Positions 18,367-26,912 of a stretch of 64,000 nucleotides of DNA are shown here, in pieces (positions within the stretch are counted from its first letter, which is position 1; each line of letters starts with the position of its first letter). The stretch lies in NCBI GenBank assembly GCA_963843965.1, contig CAWJMR010000021.1:37176-101175 (forward strand), in the 5' to 3' direction. The notes under the pieces were generated by a model. The model did not search any database. It was not told where the DNA came from and was given only the letters and a program-made list of their open reading frames with translations. The stretch is from an uncultured Gemmatimonadaceae bacterium. Lineage in GTDB: Bacteria; Gemmatimonadota; Gemmatimonadetes; Gemmatimonadales; Gemmatimonadaceae. A program made the translations under genes and the position numbers.

Positions 18367-21300
18367 GAGAGGCAGGCGATGCTTTCGTAGCGGTAACCGC
18401 TTCGGCCCTGGTGCTGGCCGTCGGTCTTCGACTTCAGGTGGCACGACAGACAGGTGAACTCCCGATAGTTCGTGCTGTTCGTGTGACACTGTGTACACGA
18501 CGTCCACGTCTGGCGATGCTTGCCGCTGTAGATCGGGAACCACGGATCGTGATTGAAGGTGGCACCCAGCCAACGCGTGGTGGTATGGCAGCTCTCACAG
18601 GTAGTGGGGAACATCGCCGTGCGGTGATTCGGATTCGTCGTCGCGTTGTACGCTGGCGTGTGGCACGCGCTGCACACCGTGGGCTTTCCGCGATACACAC
18701 CATCGTTGTGACAGGCCAGACAGGTCTGTGCAATGTGCGCGCCCGTGAGCGGGAACCTGGTCGCGCTGTGATTGTACGCGGCCGGCGTCCACGCGGTGAC
18801 CGAGTGGCAGCTCTCACAGGTCGTGGGGAATGCCACGCTGCGATGATTCGGCTGCGACGTGGCATCGAACTTGGCCTGATGGCAGCTGACACACGTGGTC
18901 GGCTTGCCGCGATACACGCCATCACCATGGCAGCCCAGGCAACTCACCGCCCGATGTCCGCCCGCAAGCGGGAAGCGCGTGGCGTTGTGGTCGAAGGTCG
19001 CGGGCGTCCACGCGTTCACCGAATGACAGCTCTCGCAGGTATTCGGGAATCCTGACGCGCGATGATCGGGACGCGTTGTCGTGTTGAACTTCGTCTGATG
19101 ACAGCTGGCGCAATCGGTCGGCTTGCCACGATACACGTTGTCGGCGTGACAGCCCGCGCAACTCACCGCCCGATGTCCGCCAGCCAGAGGGAATCGCGTC
19201 GCGTTGTGGTCGAAGGTCGCGGGCGTCCACGCGTTCACCGAATGACAGCTCTCGCAGGTATTCGGGAAGCCCGACGCGCGATGATCGGGACGCGTCGTCG
19301 TGTTGAACTTCGTCTGATGACAGCTCGCGCAATCGGTCGGCTTGCCACGATACACGTTGTCGGCGTGACAGCCCGCGCAACTCACGGCACGATGTCCGCC
19401 AGCCAGAGGGAATCGCGTCGCGTTGTGGTCGAACGTGGCCGGCGCCCACGCATTCACGTTGTGGCAGCTCTCGCACGTGTTGGGGAAGCCGGATGTGCGA
19501 TGGTTCGGGTTCGTGGTCGCGTTGAACTTGGTTTGGTGGCAGCTGGCGCAATCGGTCGGCTTGCCACGATACACGTTGTCGGCGTGACAGCCCTGACAGC
19601 TTACGGCGCGGTGTCCGCCGGCGAGAGGGAAGCGGGTGGCGTTGTGGTCGAAGGTGGCGGGCTTCCAGGCGTTCACCGAGTGGCAGCTCTCGCACGTGCT
19701 CGGGAATGCAGAGGCGCGGTGATCCGGTGATTTCGCGCCATCATACTCGCGCTGATGGCACGACGCGCAGATACTCGGCTTGCCGGCGTACACCCGATCG
19801 TTGTGACAGGCGAGACAGGTGGCACTGATGTGGCGGCCGAGCAGCGGGAAGCGTGTCTTGTTGTGATCGTAGGTCGCGCCCTGCCACTGCGTGGTGCTGT
19901 GGCAGCTCTCACAGGCCGCGCCGAACTGGGCCGGGCCATGATGCGGGTTGGTGGTCGCGTCGAACTTGGCCTGATGGCAGCTGATGCATGTGGTCGGCTT
20001 GCCGCGGTACACCCCGTCGCTATGACAGGCGAGACAGCTGGCCGCGCGGTGTCCCCCGGTCAGCGGGAACCGGGTGTTCGCATGATCGAACGTGCCGGGC
20101 AGCCACGCGTTCACGGAGTGGCAGCCCTCGCAGGTCGTCGGAATACCCGCTGTCCGATGATTCGGTGTGGTCGTGGCGTTGAACTTGGCCTGGTGACACG
20201 ACACGCATGTCGTCGGCTTGCCGCGATAGACGCCGTCGCCATGGCAGCCCTGACAGGACACCGCGCCGTGGCCGCCGGTGAGCGGGAATCGGGTGGTGGC
20301 GTGATCGAAGCGCGCACCGGGCCATGCCGACGTGGTGTGGCAGCTTTCGCAGTTGGCGGAGAAACCCGCCGCCGCATGCGGTGGCGTGCGCGTACCGTCG
20401 AATTCCTTCTGATGACACGCGACGCAGGCCGTCGGCTTGCCGGCGTACACGCGATCGCTGTGACACGCGAGACAGGCTGCCGGCGTGTGCTTGCCGGTGA
20501 GCGGGAAGCGCGTCGTCTTGTGGTCGAACGGCGTGCCACGCCACTGCGTGGTGGTGTGACAGCTGGCGCAGGCGGTGCCGAACTTCGCCGGTCCGTGATG
20601 CGGCGTCGTGGTGGCGTCGAACTTGGCTTGATGACAGCTCACGCACGCCATCGGCTTCCCGCGATACACGCCGTCGCTATGGCACCCCTGACACGTCACG
20701 GCCTTGTGGCCACCGGTCAGCGGGAACTTCGTCGTGGCGTGATCGAACGTGGCGCTCGTCCACGTGGTGATCGTGTGGCAGGAGGTGCACTCCTTGGGAA
20801 AGCCGGCGGCCTCGTGATTGGGCGACTTGGTCGCCTGGTACGTGGCCAAATGACACGAGGCGCAGGCGGTGCCGCGCGCCTGAAATTGCGGCTGGCCGGG
20901 TCTGGTGGCGCCGTGACATGACTCGCAGGTCGCGATCGCGTGCGCACCACGCAACGGGAATCTCGTGCCTTGATGCGTGCGCACGGCGGTGCCGCGATCG
21001 ACGAAACTGCGCGTGTTATGACAGCGCACACAGGTGGCGCCGAACTCGCCCTTGTGCGGATCGGTATGGCAGCTGGCGCACGTCGTGGGCGTCTTCTTGA
21101 AATCGAGCTGCTTGTGGCACGACAGGCAGGTCGCCCGCTCGTGCGCTCCGGAGAGCGGGAACGTCTGCTCGGCGTGACGGAACGTCGGCGCGATGCGCGC
21201 CGGCGTCCAACTGTTCGACTTATGGCAACTGGCACACGGCTCGCGCAGGGCGGTTCCATGCGGCGAAACGACGGTCGACGCCGACGACGAGGCCGTCGGC

Positions 21301-21422
21301 GCGGTCGTCGGTGAAGCCACCGGCGGTTTCGTGACGGGGCGGAGCTGCGCGTGCGCGGTGTGCGCCACAACGCACATCGCGAGCGCGGACGCCGTCGTCA
21401 GAAGCCGCCGCCAGAACGTCAT
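18342..21422 (-). CDS. Giant multihaem c-type cytochrome, 40 CxxCH motifs
   Basis: Start ATG 21420-21422 overlaps the upstream stop (ATGA) and gives the signal peptide MTFWRRLLTTASALAMCVVAHTAHAQ. Manual count gives 40 CxxCH. Ten regular 73-aa modules each carry 3 CxxCH plus 3 conserved extra His (FDH, GGH, P[ND]H). Confidence 0.9.
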   Translation of the reverse strand: MTFWRRLLTTASALAMCVVAHTAHAQLRPVTKPPVASPTTAPTASSSASTVVSPHGTALREPCASCHKSNSWTPARIAPTFRHAEQTFPLSGAHERATCLSCHKQLDFKKTPTTCASCHTDPHKGEFGATCVRCHNTRSFVDRGTAVRTHQGTRFPLRGAHAIATCESCHGATRPGQPQFQARGTACASCHLATYQATKSPNHEAAGFPKECTSCHTITTWTSATFDHATTKFPLTGGHKAVTCQGCHSDGVYRGKPMACVSCHQAKFDATTTPHHGPAKFGTACASCHTTTQWRGTPFDHKTTRFPLTGKHTPAACLACHSDRVYAGKPTACVACHQKEFDGTRTPPHAAAGFSANCESCHTTSAWPGARFDHATTRFPLTGGHGAVSCQGCHGDGVYRGKPTTCVSCHQAKFNATTTPNHRTAGIPTTCEGCHSVNAWLPGTFDHANTRFPLTGGHRAASCLACHSDGVYRGKPTTCISCHQAKFDATTNPHHGPAQFGAACESCHSTTQWQGATYDHNKTRFPLLGRHISATCLACHNDRVYAGKPSICASCHQREYDGAKSPDHRASAFPSTCESCHSVNAWKPATFDHNATRFPLAGGHRAVSCQGCHADNVYRGKPTDCASCHQTKFNATTNPNHRTSGFPNTCESCHNVNAWAPATFDHNATRFPLAGGHRAVSCAGCHADNVYRGKPTDCASCHQTKFNTTTRPDHRASGFPNTCESCHSVNAWTPATFDHNATRFPLAGGHRAVSCAGCHADNVYRGKPTDCASCHQTKFNTTTRPDHRASGFPNTCESCHSVNAWTPATFDHNATRFPLAGGHRAVSCLGCHGDGVYRGKPTTCVSCHQAKFDATSQPNHRSVAFPTTCESCHSVTAWTPAAYNHSATRFPLTGAHIAQTCLACHNDGVYRGKPTVCSACHTPAYNATTNPNHRTAMFPTTCESCHTTTRWLGATFNHDPWFPIYSGKHRQTWTSCTQCHTNSTNYREFTCLSCHLKSKTDGQHQGRSGYRYESIACLSCHPRGSA
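18600..20789. repeat. In-frame tandem array of ten 219-bp (73-aa) tri-haem modules; copies at 19038-19256 and 19257-19475 are nearly identical
   Basis: Period measured directly: gaatgacagctctcgcaggtattcggga recurs at 19021 and 19240. The two youngest copies differ at roughly a dozen positions by eye and encode an identical 73-aa peptide except for one residue in the SVNAWTP/NVNAWAP stretch region. Confidence 0.85.
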
Positions 21423-23551
21423 AGCGCGCGCCCAGATCTGGCCGTGTGACAGCTTTCGCAGGCGCGTGACACGCCGGCGTACTGGCGACGCGCCGACTCG
21501 GGCGCGGTGGCGGCCGCACTGCCCGCCGGCGCGTTGATGGGGGCGTGACACTTGGCGCAGGGCACGGTGCTGTGCGCACCAGCCAGCGGGAACCGCGTGC
21601 CCTTCTCATGATCGAACTTGTCCGCACCAGCGAATCGTGCCACGGAATGACACGACTCGCAGGCACCGCGATCCCGACGGGTCGCGAACTGCGTGCCGTG
21701 TGATTCCGCGTGGCACCCGGTGCAGCTGGCGCCGCGTGACTGCGCGAAGGGCAAGGCGGGCTGCGCCACGGCCGACAAGCGAAGGGAGCCACGGCCGGCG
21801 GTCGCGGCGAGTTCCCGGTGGCAGTCAGCGCAGGGCACTGCGCGATGGGCGCCCTCGAGCGCGTAGCCGAGGGTGGTGTGGGTGGCCGTGGTGACTGTGG
21901 AGGGGCGGAACCGTGCGGTCTGATGACAGCTGGTGCATGCCGTCGTGGCGCGCGCGCCACCGGCCACGTAGCGCCCGGCGTGCGGGTCGGCGTGACACGA
22001 CGCACAGGTCGTCTCTCCGATCGCGAACGCGAACTTCGCCCGCCCCGTGGGCAGGGTGATCGCGGGTAATCCGCGCCGATCGCTGGCATGACAGGCCGCG
22101 CAGACCGCCGTCGCATGGGCACCGTCGAGCGGCAGTTTGAACGTGGCGTGCGACGCAACCGTAATCGTGCTCGGCTTGAATCCGTTCACCGTGTGACACG
22201 ACGTGCAGCCGCCGGCGGCATTGCGCACGGCTGGCTGGTTGGCGTGGTCATCGGCGTGGCACGAGGTGCACGACTCGGTCGCCATCGTGAGCCGCACGTA
22301 CGACGCCGCTGGCACCATCAGACCAGCCGTCGTCGCGGCCGCCGTCGTCGCGGCGACGCGGGTCATGGTGTGGCAGGCCGCGCACTTCGTGCTCACATGC
22401 TTGCCTTCGAGGGGGTAGCGCGTCCGCGCGTGTTCGGCGACGGAGAAGCTCGCTGGGCTGAAGCCTGCGACTTTGTGGCAGCTCGCGCAGTCACGCGTGC
22501 GGCCTGCTTCGCCACGATGCACGTCCGCGTGGCAGCTGGCACAGCTGGTGAACGCGGGCGTCGGGCGGTCGTTGTTCTTGCCGTGGCACGCGGCACAGCC
22601 GACCCGCGCATGACGCCCGGCCAGCGGGTATCGCGTGGCGTCGTGATTGAAGCCCTTCTTGTCGATCGCCTCCCAGCGCGTGGTCTCGTGGCACGAGCTG
22701 CAGGATTCCTTGATGCGTCCTTTGTGCGGATCGCTGTGGCAGTCGTTGCACTTCGCGAACGTGATGGGACGGAACAGCGGAATCGTCTTCCCCTCAGCGT
22801 CTCGCTTGAGCGGAAGGCGATTCGAACGGTGACACCCGTCGCATTTCACGTCGGTGTGCTTGCCGGTGAGCGGATAGCGGGCGTCGTCGTGATTGAACGC
22901 CGGCGCCGGTGCCCAGGCTTTCGCGTTGTGGCACTGCTGACAGCCGCCCTTGAGCGCCCCCTCGTGAATATCCTCACGTTGATGGCAGCTGGCGCACGCC
23001 GTCTCCAACCCGACCCACGGCGTGCCCGTCTTGCGTTTGGAGATGGCCGCCATCGCCGGCGCGCGAAACGCCGTCTTGTGGCACGACTCGCATTTGGCCT
23101 CGACGTGCTTTCCTTCGAGCGCCCATCCGGCTTGTCGGTGGTCGAACCGGTTCTTCCCGCCCGCCGGCCACGACACCATCGCGAAGTCTTCGCCGGCGTG
23201 ATCCGGATGACAGCTGGCGCAGTTCGTGCGCTCGGCCGCCGGCAGCTTGGCGTGATAGCCCCGCTTCGCGTCGATCAGCGCCTTGACGTCCTTGTGGCAG
23301 CTGAGACAGGACGGCGCCATCGCGGCACCGCGCGTGAGCGAATGACATTGCACGCACTGCGCTGCGCCTTCGAGACTCTTGTGCGCGCGCGCCAGCGGGC
23401 CCGGCGAGATCTGGGCCGACAGCAGTGTGGGACGCGACAGCACGAGCATCCCTAGCATGGCGAAAACCAGCGCGACCACACGCCGCAGCCGCGTGCGCCA
23501 ACGGTGCGCCGGAAGGCACACAGCGGAGAGCGGACGCGGCATGTCATTCAT
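21419..23551 (-). CDS. Multihaem c-type cytochrome, 23 CxxCH motifs
   Basis: 710 aa. Signal/anchor ...RRVVALVFAMLGMLVLSRPTLLSAQ. Manual count gives 23 CxxCH, many in CxxCH-x-D/E-x-H-x-G contexts. The start ATG overlaps the upstream TGA (ATGA at 23548-23551). Confidence 0.9.
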   Translation of the reverse strand: MNDMPRPLSAVCLPAHRWRTRLRRVVALVFAMLGMLVLSRPTLLSAQISPGPLARAHKSLEGAAQCVQCHSLTRGAAMAPSCLSCHKDVKALIDAKRGYHAKLPAAERTNCASCHPDHAGEDFAMVSWPAGGKNRFDHRQAGWALEGKHVEAKCESCHKTAFRAPAMAAISKRKTGTPWVGLETACASCHQREDIHEGALKGGCQQCHNAKAWAPAPAFNHDDARYPLTGKHTDVKCDGCHRSNRLPLKRDAEGKTIPLFRPITFAKCNDCHSDPHKGRIKESCSSCHETTRWEAIDKKGFNHDATRYPLAGRHARVGCAACHGKNNDRPTPAFTSCASCHADVHRGEAGRTRDCASCHKVAGFSPASFSVAEHARTRYPLEGKHVSTKCAACHTMTRVAATTAAATTAGLMVPAASYVRLTMATESCTSCHADDHANQPAVRNAAGGCTSCHTVNGFKPSTITVASHATFKLPLDGAHATAVCAACHASDRRGLPAITLPTGRAKFAFAIGETTCASCHADPHAGRYVAGGARATTACTSCHQTARFRPSTVTTATHTTLGYALEGAHRAVPCADCHRELAATAGRGSLRLSAVAQPALPFAQSRGASCTGCHAESHGTQFATRRDRGACESCHSVARFAGADKFDHEKGTRFPLAGAHSTVPCAKCHAPINAPAGSAAATAPESARRQYAGVSRACESCHTARSGRAL

Positions 23552-24990
23552 CCCGCCTTGGCAACGTCACGCGGAATGGGCACGTTTTTCTCGACGATGC
23601 GCACACCGATCTTCTCCAGAAACGCCGACGGTGCTTCACCGCCGATGCGCACGATCACCGTATCGTTCGGCAAAATCGCCGTCGCGCCATGATCGTCGAT
23701 GACGACGACGTCACGCCGGATTTCCCGCACCTGGCTCTGCAGCATCGGAATGATGCGTCCCGCCGCGATCGCGCGATCGAGCTTCTCCTGATTGCGTGGC
23801 TTGATGCGCGAGAACGTCTCGCCGCGATAGCTCAGGCGGACTTCGGTATTCGGTTGATTCGCGAGTCCGAGCGCCGATTCCACCGCGCTGTCGCCGCCAC
23901 CCACCACCATCACCTTCTGACCGGCAAACGCTTCCATCTCCACGATGTCGAAATACACCTTGTCGCTGTCTTCACCGGGGATGCCGAGGCGTCGTGGCGT
24001 GCCGCGACGGCCCATGGCGAGCACCACGCGGCGCGCCCGGTAGCGCGCGCCGTCGGACATCACATCGAAGAAGGCGCCATCGCGCACCACGCGATCCACT
24101 TTGACGCCGGTGCGCACCTCGAGGCCGGTGTTGGCCACGATCGTCTCCCACACTTCAAGCAGCGTTTCCTTCGATGCATCGGCAATCCAGAGATCACCGT
24201 ACAGCGGGATGGAGACCGGCTCGGCGAGCAGCAGCTTCTTGCGCGGATACTTGCGGACCGTGTCCGACAGCGTGCCCTGCTCGAGCACGACATAACGGAG
24301 GTGCGAGCGAAGCGCTTCCAAGCCCGCGCTCAACCCGGCCGGTCCGGATCCGATGATGCACACGTCGAAGGCCTCCAGATCGCCATCGGTGCGCGGCTCG
24401 CAGCTGGGCAACTGCGTCGCGATGTGTTCGATGGCCATCTTGCCCTCGTTGATCGCGTTCTTGATCAGTCCGCGACCACCGAGTTCGCCCACGATGTAGA
24501 TGCCCGGCACGTTCGACTGGAAATGCGCGTCGATCAGCGGCACCTCCACGCGATTGACGGCGGCACCCGTGGTCACGAAGATGCCGCCCACCGGGCAGGC
24601 GGCGACGCACTCGCCATGCCCGACACACAAGGCATCATCCACCACGGCCAGCTTGCCGCGCATCGTGATGGCCCCGACTTCTGGGCAGGACGCGACGCAG
24701 GTGCCACAGCCCACGCAGAGGTCCGCCCGCACCATGGCCTTCGGGAGCGCGTCGCCGACCGATGCGGCGCGACCGGCGGCAACGGGCGCCGACACGACCT
24801 CGAAGAGTTGCTGCGCGATACCACACCCGGAGCAGTACGTGCCGGTCACCGGAACCGCCGTCCCGCACCGCGCGCACGGCCGCGTCGCCACTGGCCGCGC
24901 GGGCGCATCGGCGGGCGGCGCGCTCCCGCGCAGATGCCACCACATGAACGCGGCCGTCAGCGCGAAGAAACCGAGGGTGGTCAGCAGCAT
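23548..24990 (-). CDS. Membrane-anchored zinc-ribbon / 2x Fe-S ferredoxin / FAD-NAD(P)H oxidoreductase
   Basis: N-terminal TM (LLTTLGFFALTAAFMWW), zinc ribbon CARCGTAVPVTGTYCSGCG, one canonical CVGCGTCVASCP motif and one His-substituted CVGHGECVAACP motif. Then two dinucleotide folds (DVCIIGSGPAGLSAG; KVMVVGGGDSAVESA), thioredoxin-reductase/YpdA-like. Confidence 0.8.
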   Translation of the reverse strand: MLLTTLGFFALTAAFMWWHLRGSAPPADAPARPVATRPCARCGTAVPVTGTYCSGCGIAQQLFEVVSAPVAAGRAASVGDALPKAMVRADLCVGCGTCVASCPEVGAITMRGKLAVVDDALCVGHGECVAACPVGGIFVTTGAAVNRVEVPLIDAHFQSNVPGIYIVGELGGRGLIKNAINEGKMAIEHIATQLPSCEPRTDGDLEAFDVCIIGSGPAGLSAGLEALRSHLRYVVLEQGTLSDTVRKYPRKKLLLAEPVSIPLYGDLWIADASKETLLEVWETIVANTGLEVRTGVKVDRVVRDGAFFDVMSDGARYRARRVVLAMGRRGTPRRLGIPGEDSDKVYFDIVEMEAFAGQKVMVVGGGDSAVESALGLANQPNTEVRLSYRGETFSRIKPRNQEKLDRAIAAGRIIPMLQSQVREIRRDVVVIDDHGATAILPNDTVIVRIGGEAPSAFLEKIGVRIVEKNVPIPRDVAKAG

Positions 24991-24999
24991 GTCAGGCGC

Positions 25000-25929
25000 T
25001 CACCAGAACCACGTGGCACCCATCACGATGACCACGACCACGTGGATCGTGACCGCGATCAGGGCAGTGAGCGCGAACGGCATGTGGGCTACATGCCAGA
25101 AGCGAAACACGCGCTGCGTGGCTTCGAGCATGCGCGACTGATCGGTCAGCGCCATTTCACGCGACGCGAGCTTCACCGCACGAGAAATGGCGCGCCGGTC
25201 GACACCCGGGCGCGCAGCCCACGTCGAGGCGAGCCGACGCACGTGGACAAACCGCCGCAGGTCATTCAACACCAGGCGCTCGAGCACCTGGACCACACTC
25301 GTGGCCGGCGCCTGCTCGACCGGCGTGATCGCGAGTCGCACGGTATTCACCGAATCCCCGAGGGCCGCGGCAATCTCGGCCAGCAGCGCGTCGCGCTCGC
25401 CGGCCACTTCGTCGCGCGAGAGCTCCACGCCGCTGCGCGCGCGCGGGATCCGGACATAGAGGTACCGGCCGACCACGCCGCTCGCGCACACCACCAGCAT
25501 CGCGCCGAACCCCAGACCGATCACGCCATCGGCCCGCCAGGCGGCGTGAATCGTGAGCAGCAAGGGTAGCCCGATCGCGGTGGTCACGTGCACATCGAGC
25601 CATCGCCCGATCGCGCCGGTAAAGGCGAGCGCCCGCCAGCGCTTCCGGAGGGGATAGAGCCAGAGGAACACGAAGATGACGAACGCGAGGATACCGGCGG
25701 TTTGGCCGATCGTGCCGGACGGCCGGAGCAGCGCGTGCAGCGCGTGCCGCGGCCGCGCGTTCAACGGCGCCAAATAGTACGACGCGCCCGCCAGGTTGAT
25801 CATCGTCAACGCGCTCAAGAGCAGCGTGACGGGCACGCCATCCCATCGGCTCCGTGCCTTCGCCGCGCGCGCCGCCGTAGGGACAGGACGCGTGGCGGTA
25901 CGCGGAATTGAAGGAGCGGGCGCGGTCAT
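25000..25929 (-). CDS. Polytopic membrane protein with two H-x13-H pairs (putative di-haem b-type electron carrier)
   Basis: About five predicted TM helices. One helix reads DVHVTTAIGLPLLLTIH and another reads WHVAHMPFALTALIAVTIH, each with His residues 14 positions apart. A ~130-aa soluble loop lies between them. 9-nt gap to the flavoprotein gene. An alternative start lies at 25974. Confidence 0.6.
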   Translation of the reverse strand: MTAPAPSIPRTATRPVPTAARAAKARSRWDGVPVTLLLSALTMINLAGASYYLAPLNARPRHALHALLRPSGTIGQTAGILAFVIFVFLWLYPLRKRWRALAFTGAIGRWLDVHVTTAIGLPLLLTIHAAWRADGVIGLGFGAMLVVCASGVVGRYLYVRIPRARSGVELSRDEVAGERDALLAEIAAALGDSVNTVRLAITPVEQAPATSVVQVLERLVLNDLRRFVHVRRLASTWAARPGVDRRAISRAVKLASREMALTDQSRMLEATQRVFRFWHVAHMPFALTALIAVTIHVVVVIVMGATWFW

Positions 25930-26294
25930 GGCGGAGAGATCAACGGAGGAGAGTCTATGCGGCTGGTGACGCAAAAAGCACCAGTCGGAACTAAAGGGGA
26001 GTCGTAAATACGCCTTTTGTCCCAGTTTCTATCCGAACTTATACGGATGGGCGCGGTAGGTATGTAACGTCCATCACGGTTTTCCTTCGGGTTTTTCAAT
26101 CTCGACAATAAGACGTCTTGTCCCTCACCGACGTCACGCTCGCCGCGGGGTCGCGAGACAGTCTGCGCGCCCGGCGTGACGGTGGACCGTCCCATACATC
26201 GTCATACCACGTCGCACCAAACGACTCGCCTAGCACGGCCCGTGCAGTAGACTTGTACCTCTGCCCGGACCTTCCAATCAGCCAGGATCTGCCT

Positions 26295-26912
26295 ATGCGC
26301 TCCGCCTCGTCCCTCCTCGCCCGTCGCGCCACTGCCGCGCTCGGAGCCGCCTTCCTGCTGGCCGCGTGCAGCAAGTCCGACGATGCCGCCATGAAGGACT
26401 CGGCGATGGCGGCCGATTCCGCCGCTGCGCTCACGCTCGACTCCACCGCGACGGCTGGCACCAGCGCTGGCGTGACCGCGAAGGTGGTCGATGCGGGCGG
26501 CCGCGAACTCGGCGTGCTGACGTTTGCCGACGCCGGCGCCGCGATCTCGGTGGACGGCACGCTGCGCGGCCTGCCGCCGGGTGTGCACGGCATGCATATC
26601 CATGCGGTTGGTCGTTGCGACGCGCCGGATTTCGCCAGCGCCGGACCGCACTGGAGCCCCACGCCCAAGCAGCACGGCAGCACCAACGAAGCCGGCCCGC
26701 ATCACGGCGATCTTATGAACCTTACGGTCGGCGCCGACAGCAGCGTCGTCGTGAAGATGTCGACGCCGGCCGGTTCGCTGCGTGGTGAGAATCCGCTGCT
26801 CGACGCCGATGGCGCGTCCATCGTGATTCATGCCACCGCCGACGACTACAAGACCGACCCGTCGGGCAACTCGGGTGCGCGTATCGCGTGCGGCGTGGTG
26901 TCGGGCTCCTGA
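26295..26912 (+). CDS. sodC: Cu/Zn superoxide dismutase, lipoprotein form
   Basis: MRSASSLLARRATAALGAAFLLAACS lipobox; ...GVHGMHIHAVGRCD...GPHW...HHGDL...IVIHATADDYKTDPSGNSGARIACGVV. The in-frame ATG at 26295 lies within ORF 26118..26912. Confidence 0.85.
   Translation: MRSASSLLARRATAALGAAFLLAACSKSDDAAMKDSAMAADSAAALTLDSTATAGTSAGVTAKVVDAGGRELGVLTFADAGAAISVDGTLRGLPPGVHGMHIHAVGRCDAPDFASAGPHWSPTPKQHGSTNEAGPHHGDLMNLTVGADSSVVVKMSTPAGSLRGENPLLDADGASIVIHATADDYKTDPSGNSGARIACGVVSGS

Noticed and set aside
18600-20789. Regularly spaced 219-bp repeats that could superficially suggest a CRISPR-like or satellite array.
   Set aside because: The period is far too long and no unique spacers are present. Every copy is in frame within one ORF and encodes a tri-haem module, so this is intragenic domain duplication.
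25975-26294. The ~320-bp, partly AT-richer intergenic region between the cytochrome operon and sodC, considered as a possible ncRNA/riboswitch. It contains a small hairpin CTGGTG-N10-CACCAG in the minus-strand 5' UTR.
   Set aside because: I recognised no conserved riboswitch or sRNA motif, and the hairpin is short. It is most simply a divergent promoter/5' UTR region. An Rfam scan would be needed to say more.
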